Below are positions 56,281-64,000 of a DNA stretch of 64,000 nt, piece after piece (position 1 is the first letter of the stretch; the number at the start of each line of letters is the position of its first letter). The position numbers and the translations under genes were made by a program. Source of the DNA: Planctomycetota bacterium (GTDB lineage: Bacteria; Planctomycetota; UBA8108; SXIK01); contig OZ244999.1 of the NCBI GenBank assembly GCA_965223265.1, positions 3,776,001-3,840,000 of the forward strand, read 5' to 3'. Under the pieces are notes generated by a model. It had not been told where the DNA came from and searched no databases. It was given only the letters and a program-made list of their open reading frames with translations.

Positions 56281-57408
56281 CTACTTGCCGTCAACCTCTT
56301 CGTCGTCGTCGGTCGGCGGCGGAGTCTCCAAAGCACGCTGCGCAGCCTCTTCCAAACGCGTCGCCGGATCAGCGGCGATGACCTGCTCAAACACGTGGCT
56401 GAGCTGCCACTCCTCGAGGTGCCCCGAACGCCAAAAGAGCGGCATGCCGCTCGAATCAACGATGATCGTACAGGGAAAGTAGAGCTGGAAAACGCCTGGG
56501 TTCTTCGCGCCCTCTTGCTCCGCCGTATGAATCGCCATGAGCTGACGCTCCACGGCTAAGTAAGCAGAACGATCGAGGAGGGCGAAACCGTCCGCGGGGA
56601 TGCCGATTCCCGCCGCATAATCCGTCGTCACACGTACGACGTCTGACTCGTCCGCAGCTCCCTCATAAAAGAGAACTGCAGGCTCGATGCGGCCCGAGAC
56701 CTGCGGCCGCGCCAAGACGGCCGCGATCGACTGCCACTGTTTGGGACAGCCATCGTGCAGCGTACGAGTCAACACCACGACACTGAGCGTCGATTGGGGG
56801 ACGACTTGAGCGCCACCACCCGGCGCAGAAAATGGACCGATCGCTCCAACGTCGGCTGCACGACACGCGGCCAGTCGCTGCGCCGCTTCAGCGCTAAAGC
56901 TCTTCTCGAGACGTGCGGCAAGCTTCGCCTCAAGCGCAGAGACCATCTCCTCGTATTTGACGCGATATTCGGCATCGGCTTTGATGCGCGCCAATTGATC
57001 CGCGTTGCGAATGCCCTGAAGATTCTCGTAGCCGTAGTCGATCGCCTTCTTCAGGCTGTCGAAGACTTCCTGAGCCTTCGCGCCGTCCTGGCCGAGCGAC
57101 AGCGTCTTGTACCACTGTCCATAGCGCTTGAGTCTCGCCTGGTTGTTCGCCTCGCCTGCCTTCAGCGTGGCATTCGCCAAACCGCGCACGCGCTCCCATT
57201 GATTCGTTTGCTGAAAGCGCCCTAAAAACCGCAGCGCCCGCCCGGGCGCCCAGGTCTCGTCTTCGAATTCTATAGCAACCGGCTGCTGCGCCGTCGCGGC
57301 TTGCGGCAAACCGAACCAGAGGGCGCTCAAAAACACCGGCAGGGACAGGAGTCTTCGTGGGTCAAACATCGCGGGCAACCTCGTCAGACCTTGCAGCGGA
57401 AAAGACAT
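56281..57408 (-). CDS. Secreted hypothetical protein, helical N-half and thioredoxin-like C-half
   Basis: Signal peptide; LKKAIDYGY TPR-end motif; single Cys HDGCP and YFPCTIIVD. Confidence 0.6.
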   Translation of the reverse strand: MSFPLQGLTRLPAMFDPRRLLSLPVFLSALWFGLPQAATAQQPVAIEFEDETWAPGRALRFLGRFQQTNQWERVRGLANATLKAGEANNQARLKRYGQWYKTLSLGQDGAKAQEVFDSLKKAIDYGYENLQGIRNADQLARIKADAEYRVKYEEMVSALEAKLAARLEKSFSAEAAQRLAACRAADVGAIGPFSAPGGGAQVVPQSTLSVVVLTRTLHDGCPKQWQSIAAVLARPQVSGRIEPAVLFYEGAADESDVVRVTTDYAAGIGIPADGFALLDRSAYLAVERQLMAIHTAEQEGAKNPGVFQLYFPCTIIVDSSGMPLFWRSGHLEEWQLSHVFEQVIAADPATRLEEAAQRALETPPPTDDDEEVDGK

Positions 57409-57529
57409 CGCGAGGGAAACGAGTATAGACGACCCTCCGGCTCGGACAACCCTTAGAAAACAGCTGCGAAAGGCAACCCATGGAACCGTGCACAGAAAAT
57501 CATCTGCTGACTAAAATATATGCAACCGC

Positions 57530-57559
57530 TGCATATCTTAAGTGCATCCATAGAGTGCA
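57530..57559. promoter_or_regulatory. Two overlapping NtrC-type boxes (TGCA-N9-TGCA)
   Basis: TGCATATCTTAAGTGCA (57530-57546) and TGCATCCATAGAGTGCA (57543-57559) in an AT-rich region upstream of glnK. Confidence 0.6.
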
Positions 57560-57644
57560 CAGCCGGCGCACACCAAATTCATACAGCCTTAAGATATTTA
57601 CAATAGACATCTTAGGAGATCGCGAGAACGCTCTTGCTCAACTG

Positions 57645-57660
57645 TGGCAGGCTGTTTGTT
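57645..57660 (+). promoter_or_regulatory. Candidate sigma54 promoter
   Basis: TGGCAG-GCTGT-TTGTT versus consensus TGGCAC-N5-TTGCW; about 90 bp downstream of the NtrC-type boxes. Confidence 0.55.
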
Positions 57661-57758
57661 AAGTCACGAATGGAGCGCCCGCAGGCGCGGGTGAGTTCGA
57701 ATCGGCGCATTGAAGAAGCGCTACCAACCCAAGCAGGAGAGACGCAAGGCACGCCCCC

Positions 57759-58106
57759 ATGAAGCTAATCACCGCCATTGTACGCCCCACCCGACTCGAG
57801 GCGATCAAAGAGAGCCTCGCCGAATCAGGATTTCACGGCCTCACTGTCTCCGACGTCATGGGTGCGGGACGGCAACGCGGCCACACCGAAATCTATCGCG
57901 GACACGAATACCACGTCGACCTGCAGCAGAAAGTGAAGCTCGAGATCGCCGTCCCGGACGATCGAGTCGACTTGGTGACCTCGCTCGTCGCGGAGCACGC
58001 CCGCTCACACCCCGACGGCAAAATCGGCGACGGCAAAGTATTCGTCGTGCCACTAGAAAACGTCGTCCGCGTCCGAACCGGCGAGAAAGGGGAAGTTGCC
58101 GTTTAA
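57759..58106 (+). CDS. glnK: P-II nitrogen regulatory protein
   Basis: MKLITAIVRP, GRQRGHTEIYRGHEY T-loop, GKIGDGKVFV, RVRTGE; adjacent to amtB. Confidence 0.96.
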   Translation: MKLITAIVRPTRLEAIKESLAESGFHGLTVSDVMGAGRQRGHTEIYRGHEYHVDLQQKVKLEIAVPDDRVDLVTSLVAEHARSHPDGKIGDGKVFVVPLENVVRVRTGEKGEVAV

Positions 58107-58264
58107 CAGCCCGTTGAAAAAGTCATTCGGTCGAGAAACCGGCCTCTTCACGCCCAGCTCGACCGCGTCAATACTCGAAAATCTCGGAGATTACCTGCGT
58201 TTGCCGCGGCCGATCTGGACGCGAAGAGACCAGTTTTCGGCTCGAAGCACTTTTTAAACAGGCT
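58107..58264 (-). mobile_element. Full copy of the palindromic MITE-like element, inverted relative to the 23441 copy
   Basis: Reverse complement aligns end to end with 23441-23599; begins immediately after the glnK TAA and is followed by TAA. Confidence 0.9.
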
Positions 58265-58340
58265 TAAACCTTCTGAGCTTGCGACGTCTCGACTGTAGCT
58301 CGCCCCACAACAACCAGCCCATTTTGAAAGGAATGACTCC

Positions 58341-59756
58341 ATGATGTCCTGCCGTTGGACCTTCCCGGCCATCGCCCTCTCACTCGCCCCCTCCACGCTC
58401 TTGGCACAGGAAGAGACCTCAGTCGCGGCGCTCGACGATGTGAACGCACTGTGGACTTGCCTCGCTGCGTTCCTGGTCTTCTTCATGCAAGCGGGATTCG
58501 CACTCGTCGAAGCCGGCCTGACCCGCGCCAAGAACGTCTGCAACATCATCATGAAGAACCTCATGGACTTCTCGGTGGGGTCGCTTCTCTTTTGGGCTGT
58601 CGGCTTCGGACTTATGTTCGGAGCGTCCGGCGGATTGTTCGGCACCAACGGTTTCTTCTTCGACCCAAGCGTCGACAACCTCGGCAGCGAGCAAAGCGTC
58701 GGCTTCAGCTGGGCGTTCCTGATCTTCCAGACAGTGTTCTGCGCTACAGCAGCGACGATCGTTAGCGGCGCCATGGCAGAACGCACGAAGTTCACGGCCT
58801 ATTTGGTCTACTCTGCCCTCATCACCGTCATCGTCTACCCGATCTTTGGCAGCTGGGCGTGGGGTGGACTCTACGCTGGCGGTGGCTGGCTCGAAAGCAT
58901 GAGCTGGCTCGGCGAAGGTGTCGGGTTCTACGACTTCGCCGGCTCGACGGTCGTCCACTCGGTCGGTGCGTGGGCGGCGCTGGCCGGTGCGCTCGTCCTC
59001 GGGCCACGCCTTGGCAAGTTTCGCAGCGGCAAATCTCAGCCAGTTCCGGGTCACAGCATTCCAATGGCCGCGCTCGGTGTCTTCATTCTCTGGCTGGGCT
59101 GGTTCGGGTTCAACCCTGGCAGCACCACAGCCGTCGGCGGAGGCAGCTTCGCATTCATCGCGGTGACGACAAACATCGCCGCAGCCGCCGGGGCCGTTGG
59201 CGCCATGCTCGCTTCGTGGATCCTGTTCAAAAAGCCGGACGTTTCCTTCACATTGAACGGCGCCCTCGCAGGACTCGTCTCCATCACGGCGGGATGCGAT
59301 GCTATGAGTGTGCCATTCGCCGCGACGACCGGCCTGCTTGCGGGCGTCATTGTCGTCTTGGCTGTCCTTTTCTTTGAGCGCATCAAGATCGACGATCCCA
59401 TTGGTGCAGTGTCCGTGCACGGCGTGTGCGGCGCCTGGGGCACGCTCGCGGTGGGGCTCTTCAAGGCCGAGGGAGGTCTTTTCACCGGTGGCGGTACGAC
59501 GCAGCTGGTGGCGCAATCGATTGGTGTCGCGGCAGCGTTCGCCTGGGCTTTCCCCGTCAGTCTGGGAATCTTCTACGCCATCAAGGTGACGATCGGTCTT
59601 CGCGTCTCAGCAGAAGAAGAAGCGCGTGGACTGGACGTCACCGAACACGGCATGGAGGCGTACCCGCGCGACACGCTCACTTCACCGCTCGGGGGCACAT
59701 CGGCGCCGAGACCGAGCGTGGTGGTCAATCCAAATCCCGCGACAAGCCAGGGATAA
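58341..59756 (+). CDS. amtB: Ammonium transporter
   Basis: FFMQAGFALVEAG, SGAMAER, DFAGSTVVH, WFGFN and DDPIGAVSVHG (twin His). Confidence 0.97.
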   Translation: MMSCRWTFPAIALSLAPSTLLAQEETSVAALDDVNALWTCLAAFLVFFMQAGFALVEAGLTRAKNVCNIIMKNLMDFSVGSLLFWAVGFGLMFGASGGLFGTNGFFFDPSVDNLGSEQSVGFSWAFLIFQTVFCATAATIVSGAMAERTKFTAYLVYSALITVIVYPIFGSWAWGGLYAGGGWLESMSWLGEGVGFYDFAGSTVVHSVGAWAALAGALVLGPRLGKFRSGKSQPVPGHSIPMAALGVFILWLGWFGFNPGSTTAVGGGSFAFIAVTTNIAAAAGAVGAMLASWILFKKPDVSFTLNGALAGLVSITAGCDAMSVPFAATTGLLAGVIVVLAVLFFERIKIDDPIGAVSVHGVCGAWGTLAVGLFKAEGGLFTGGGTTQLVAQSIGVAAAFAWAFPVSLGIFYAIKVTIGLRVSAEEEARGLDVTEHGMEAYPRDTLTSPLGGTSAPRPSVVVNPNPATSQG

Positions 59757-59825
59757 CAGCCTGTTGAACGAGGTGCTTCGCGTCGAAAACTGGTCTCTCG
59801 TCCGAATGACCTTTTCAACAGACTG
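59757..59825 (+). mobile_element. Internally deleted 69-bp copy of the MITE-like element
   Basis: CAGCCTGTTGAA..GTGCTTCG.GTCGAAAACTGGT joined to TCTCG.CCGAATGAC.TTTTCAAC.G.CTG; begins immediately after the amtB TAA. Confidence 0.85.
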
Positions 59826-60531
59826 ATAGACGACGTTTCGAGGTATTCGTTACCCTCTCATGAAGTCCTTCACAGGGCTGAGGTCAGCTTGCCCTCTCGG
59901 ACGCGAGCTGACCTCTTTCTTTCATTCATCGCCGCTGCGCAACGTTTCGAGGATCGCAAAAAACGAAACGACTGACCGGTCCGCCGCCGGCTTCACCCAT
60001 GCAGAGTTATCGGAAGCTGCTCGACGAAAACCACTTGCCCCTCACTACGCCTGCTCGCTATAGTGTCGCTCTCTTCCATCGCGGGTGGAATTGCGGTGGA
60101 AGAAGAAGAGAAGAAGCGCAAGCCGAAGAGAACATGCGACGCCGCGCGGTGCGCGATGGTCGCGACACGCGTATCGACCAGTAGTGGAACGAGACGAGAT
60201 GAGGGGACGGCAAAGCGCTCACAGCGTAAGTCTATTCGCTCGGTCTGGAAGAGACAGCGGCGGGGGGAACTCTCCCGACTTCGGGGAGACACTCGAGGCG
60301 TGAATCACCAACGCGGGACGCGAGCCAGGTGTTTCACATGCGATTTAGCTCATGGGAGGTGTGATCACAGTAGAAGCATTCGTTCCTGGCACCGTGACGG
60401 AGGCGCAGACCGGCCAAGGACTGCGTCGAGGCTTCGGCTCACAGAGTGCACAAGGGAAAGACTAAGCGTGGGACCGACTCTTTCGGTCAAACGGTGGGAC
60501 AAGATTCACACTTCGATAGGAGACCTCGTAC

Positions 60532-61797
60532 ATGAGATCTTTTTTCGGTAGTTCGATCATTGCGATCTTCGCTGTTTCGTTCGCCCCGTTCGGGGAAGTC
60601 GACGCTCAAGGGACCTCGACGTCCCCGTCGTATGATCAGCTTTCGCCGGTGCTTCTTGGCTACCAGGACGCCAGCGCCGACGCGGGCACGTCGCAGCAAC
60701 TCCCCAACGTCCTTGGTTTCTTGAGTGAAGTGAAGGCTAACGGCTACATCAACGTCGCCTACGCCTACAACTTCAACGACAGCGAACGTACTGGCACGAA
60801 CTTTATTGGCGTCGAGACGCCGGGGCGCATCTTCGACATCTATCACAACGAGTTCACGGTCCACAACGTCTCGCTCAACCTCGAGAAGCCGGTGGATAAC
60901 GAAAACCTCATCGGTTTTCAGTTCAACCCAACGGTGGGTAAGGACAGCGCCATCACGCAGGACGCCAACATTGCGCTCGGCGGCAACGACATCGACGTCC
61001 AGGCGGCGAACATTCAGATCTACGCCCCTGACGACGTGGCGATCGTCGGCGGCACTACGTTTAAGGTCGGAAAGTTCTTGACCACCGCCGGCGCCGAACT
61101 CATCGACGCGCCTTACAACACGATGTTCTCCCGGACGCTCCTCTTCGGTCTCGCCATCCCGTTCGTGCATACGGGCATCCTCGGACAAAAGACCGTCCTC
61201 ACCCGCGACGATGGCACGAGCTCGCTGCTCGACGTGTCGCTCGGCATCGCCAACGGTTGGGGAAACCACAACGTCGGCTCGACCGGCGGCGGTAATTTCC
61301 CGACGTACCTGACCAACGCGACGTTGTCGCCGAGCGACAACTTCAGCACCACGGTCAACTACTTCGTCGGCGAGGTGACGGCTTCCGGCAAGTATCGAAA
61401 CCTGATCGATGTCGTCGTTGGCATTGACCCAGACGGCAACGAAGCAGAAGGGCTCAATTTGAGCTTCAACTTCGATTGGGCTTCGGATGCAGCCGGTAAC
61501 GCAACGACCGGCGGGCACGGAATCTGGTGGGGTTTCGCAGGAATCGCGCGCTGGGATTTCAACGAACGCTGGTACGCGGCGCTACGCGGCGAGTACTACG
61601 ACGATCACGATGGCAACACCATCGGGATCCCGAACCTTCAGGTGTTCGACATCACCTGGACCATCGGCTACAGACCGTTCCAGAGCCTGTTGCTGCGCTC
61701 AGAACTCCGGTATGACAAAGCCGACCAGAGTGTCTTCCAGAACGCCAATCACTCGCACCAGACGACTCTGTCGTTCGACGCGTCGTTCATCTTCTGA
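60532..61797 (+). CDS. Putative outer-membrane beta-barrel porin (BBP2-like)
   Basis: AGGAG SD, signal peptide, KVGKFLTTAGAELID, PFVHTG, ALRGEYYDD and LRSELRYD motifs; C-terminal Phe. Confidence 0.8.
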   Translation: MRSFFGSSIIAIFAVSFAPFGEVDAQGTSTSPSYDQLSPVLLGYQDASADAGTSQQLPNVLGFLSEVKANGYINVAYAYNFNDSERTGTNFIGVETPGRIFDIYHNEFTVHNVSLNLEKPVDNENLIGFQFNPTVGKDSAITQDANIALGGNDIDVQAANIQIYAPDDVAIVGGTTFKVGKFLTTAGAELIDAPYNTMFSRTLLFGLAIPFVHTGILGQKTVLTRDDGTSSLLDVSLGIANGWGNHNVGSTGGGNFPTYLTNATLSPSDNFSTTVNYFVGEVTASGKYRNLIDVVVGIDPDGNEAEGLNLSFNFDWASDAAGNATTGGHGIWWGFAGIARWDFNERWYAALRGEYYDDHDGNTIGIPNLQVFDITWTIGYRPFQSLLLRSELRYDKADQSVFQNANHSHQTTLSFDASFIF

Positions 61798-61831
61798 TTT
61801 AGAAGGCATCGGCGCTGAACCCAGAGACGAC

Positions 61832-61874
61832 GCTTGGCTCAAGAGTACGCGTGAGGCTGACTCTTGAGCCAAGC
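61832..61874. terminator. 15-bp perfect inverted repeat between convergent genes (possible terminator)
   Basis: GCTTGGCTCAAGAGT-N13-ACTCTTGAGCCAAGC; no clear U-tract. Confidence 0.5.
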
Positions 61875-61922
61875 TCGCTTCTCTGGCCCTACGTAAAGAG
61901 AGCGCGCCCCAATTCAATCAGC

Positions 61923-62663
61923 TCACTTCGCCAACGCCGCGCGCACCGCGGCAGGAATCTCTTGAAACATGGCTTGGCACCGATCTTGTGCGGCGGCGAG
62001 TCCCGCGACCTTCGGGTCCGCTGTATTGCGAACGTAGCCAATCACCTCGTTCTCCGCCTCGACGAGCTTCTCGCAGCCAAGGGCGATTTCGGCGACGAGG
62101 TCGTTCGGAATTGTGGTGACACCGTTACAGTCGGCGTGCAGAACGTCGCCCGGTCGAACCTCGACACCTCCGATCTGGACTGGCACGTCCACATCGATCA
62201 CGCGGCAATAAGCGTGCGACGGGGAGACACAGGACGCGAAGCAGGGGAAGCCGATGGCTTCGACCTGATCTAGGTCACGCGCCCCTCCTGACGTGATCAG
62301 GCCGGCACAACCGAATGCCTGATACATCGAACACATCACTTCGCCAAACGTGGCGCCGAGAATCGGATCGTCTAGGTCCTGGAAGACGACGATGCGAGGC
62401 GTCGACACTTTCGCCTCGAATGATTCCACATGCTTGGAGAGCGACGAGTACACGTCCTTCTCGGACGCCGGCTCAGCGCTACGAAACGTAGCCGTCGTGG
62501 CGTAGCCGACGATCGGCGGCATCTTCGGAAACATCGCCTTGATGCGTGCATCCATGAAACCCTTGTTCCGCGGCCGGACGTCGAAGAGCTCAATCACATT
62601 GCACACTGTCGGAGTGTCGTACCGACGCAGAATCTCAAAATACTTCGGGTCGACGTTGTTCAT
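61923..62663 (-). CDS. RraA/HMG aldolase family protein
   Basis: DTPTVCN, IVGYATT, FGEVM, GGARD and VRPGDVLHADCNGV motifs. Confidence 0.9.
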   Translation of the reverse strand: MNNVDPKYFEILRRYDTPTVCNVIELFDVRPRNKGFMDARIKAMFPKMPPIVGYATTATFRSAEPASEKDVYSSLSKHVESFEAKVSTPRIVVFQDLDDPILGATFGEVMCSMYQAFGCAGLITSGGARDLDQVEAIGFPCFASCVSPSHAYCRVIDVDVPVQIGGVEVRPGDVLHADCNGVTTIPNDLVAEIALGCEKLVEAENEVIGYVRNTADPKVAGLAAAQDRCQAMFQEIPAAVRAALAK

Positions 62664-62746
62664 GACACCTCTGGTTTTACCTCGTGCGCGAGAGAGACGG
62701 CAAAGCGATCCTCGCGGCGTTGACGCCACCCTCGCCGAGCAATGGC

Positions 62747-63571
62747 TTACTTGAGCGGTAGGATTTTTTCTAGAAGCGTTTTCGAACGCCGCACTCCTTC
62801 CGCCTCATCCAGTCTTTTTCCTTCGTACTCGATACCGATATACCCCTCGTAGCCGGACGCTTCGATCATCTTCACCATGCGCGGGTAGTCGATCGTCGTC
62901 TCGAGGCCCTCATCGTCAAAGTCAAACGTCTTCGCGCTGACGCCAAGAGCAAACGGCAGCAGCCTCTCAATGCTGTCGTATTTATCCGCAGCGGCGCTGA
63001 AGTTGCCGAAATCGGGCAACGTTCCAAGGTTGCCCCGCTGGGCACGTTGAATGAGGTCGACAACAGCTGGGATATTCGACGACAAGCCGCCGTGGTTCTC
63101 GAGGAGTATACTCACACCAGCCGGTCGAGCAAAGTCGGCCAAGGCGGTGCAGCTGTCGAGACAGCGCCGCAGTGTCGATTGAACGACGCCATTTTCGAGC
63201 GGCGTGTTCCACGCCAGGGGATGATCCCCACCGGTGTTGACGCGCACTGCGGTACATCCGAGATCGGCCGCAACCTCGATCCAATGCTGGTGACGGTGTA
63301 CGGCCTTGCGGCGCACTCGCGGTCGTCGGTGACTAAGATCTCCCTCGTCATCCACCATGATCATGAAGAACTTGACACCAACGTCACACGCCTGACGTTT
63401 CATTTCGGCAAGGACTTGCCGCGACCCGCCGTCGAGCAAATGGTTCACAAGCTCGATGACACCGATGTCGAACATCTCGCGGGCGACACGTGGAAAGTCG
63501 CGCCCTCGGATTTCCCCAGAGCGAATGCTTCGGTGGAGAGACCATTGAGCCAAGCTCAGCTCGTATGACAT
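62747..63571 (-). CDS. Sugar phosphate isomerase/epimerase (xylose-isomerase-like TIM barrel)
   Basis: SLAQWSLHR, LENHGGLSS, LPDFGNF, SAK and GIEYEG motifs. Confidence 0.92.
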   Translation of the reverse strand: MSYELSLAQWSLHRSIRSGEIRGRDFPRVAREMFDIGVIELVNHLLDGGSRQVLAEMKRQACDVGVKFFMIMVDDEGDLSHRRPRVRRKAVHRHQHWIEVAADLGCTAVRVNTGGDHPLAWNTPLENGVVQSTLRRCLDSCTALADFARPAGVSILLENHGGLSSNIPAVVDLIQRAQRGNLGTLPDFGNFSAAADKYDSIERLLPFALGVSAKTFDFDDEGLETTIDYPRMVKMIEASGYEGYIGIEYEGKRLDEAEGVRRSKTLLEKILPLK

Positions 63572-63605
63572 ACCGTGTTCAACTCCGTCCTCAAGCCCAA
63601 ATCCA

Positions 63606-63998
63606 TCAGCACGTCCAGCCTCCGTCCTCCTGCTGGGAATAACCAACAGCGGTGAGTGCGGAGCGGATGCGATCGAACGATCCCTTGTGCGCTTCGATTG
63701 CATCCTTCTCGCCAAGCGAACGGCCACGCTTACCCGGCACTTCCAGGTTGAGCTGCACGGCCGGTACGGTCAGCGTGTCGCGGACCTTGGCGAAGACGGC
63801 TTCCAAATCAACTTGGCCGCGCCTCGGACCCGTGCGAGGGAAATGCCAAGTCTCGAGAAAACCTTCGTCGGTATCTTTCAGATGGATTTCGTACGTCGAC
63901 GCCGAAAACGCCGTCAACCACGTCGCATAGTCACGGTCGCGGTCGTCGGCACTCTCATCGAACCCGATACCGTGTCCAGTATCATAACAGACGCCAAC
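63606..63998 (-). CDS. TIM-barrel isomerase/epimerase-like protein, 3' part; runs off window end
   Basis: Frame open to the window edge: VGVCYDTGH...IHLKDTD...GQVDLE...NLEVP. Confidence 0.75.
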   Translation of the reverse strand, partial: VGVCYDTGHGIGFDESADDRDRDYATWLTAFSASTYEIHLKDTDEGFLETWHFPRTGPRRGQVDLEAVFAKVRDTLTVPAVQLNLEVPGKRGRSLGEKDAIEAHKGSFDRIRSALTAVGYSQQEDGGWTC

Positions 63999-64000
63999 TT

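Noticed and set aside
57685-57710. GTTCGAATC resembling a tRNA T-loop
   Set aside because: No cloverleaf or acceptor stem around it
60200-60270. GGGACGGCAAAGC resembling a c-di-GMP-I riboswitch core
   Set aside because: The upstream GGCAAA/GNRA stem and the P1 pairing could not be found
60386-60402. Second sigma54 promoter (TGGCAC) upstream of the porin
   Set aside because: The -12 element reads CGGA rather than TTGC; too weak to call
58419-61518. Long antisense ORFs (365 aa and 343 aa) opposite amtB and the porin; similar ones at 7952-9025, 25401-26429, 38283-39284 and 53441-54520
   Set aside because: Typical stop-poor antisense frames of GC-rich genes, with no recognisable motifs

Overview
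GC-rich bacterial chromosomal DNA, most likely from a Planctomycetota member. This is inferred from the C-terminal dockerin-like module, the sulfatase, the GTAG-type REP, the large MoxR/vWA operon and the many secreted proteins. In order, the window holds: (1) a minus-strand metal-uptake operon (ZnuC partial, ZnuA, outer-membrane barrel) headed by a CxxC/His-rich ORF ending in RAPP, resembling the DUF2946/CruR ribosome-arrest leader; (2) assorted small and secreted genes; (3) a VIT-vWA-PEP-CTERM protein beside its dedicated exosortase; (4) a PHP hydrolase and a large dockerin-tagged propeller protein; (5) a ~25 kb, 14-gene co-oriented cluster (PQQ propeller, Ser-Asp-repeat protein, prenyltransferase-like barrel, MoxR, DUF58, BatA/vWA, vWA, two coiled-coil proteins, His/Cys protein, NPCBM, thioredoxin-TPR, HAD, sulfatase); (6) rhomboid, squalene synthase, DoxX-ApbE-Tat oxidoreductase and an apparently circularly permuted ACP-like membrane protein; (7) glnK-amtB-porin behind a candidate sigma54/NtrC-type promoter; (8) RraA and two TIM-barrel isomerases. 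A ~159-bp palindromic MITE-like element occurs in five full, deleted or decayed copies, two of them abutting the glnK and amtB stop codons. No rRNA, tRNA, CRISPR array or transposase was seen. All family assignments come from motifs recognised by eye, not from database searches.
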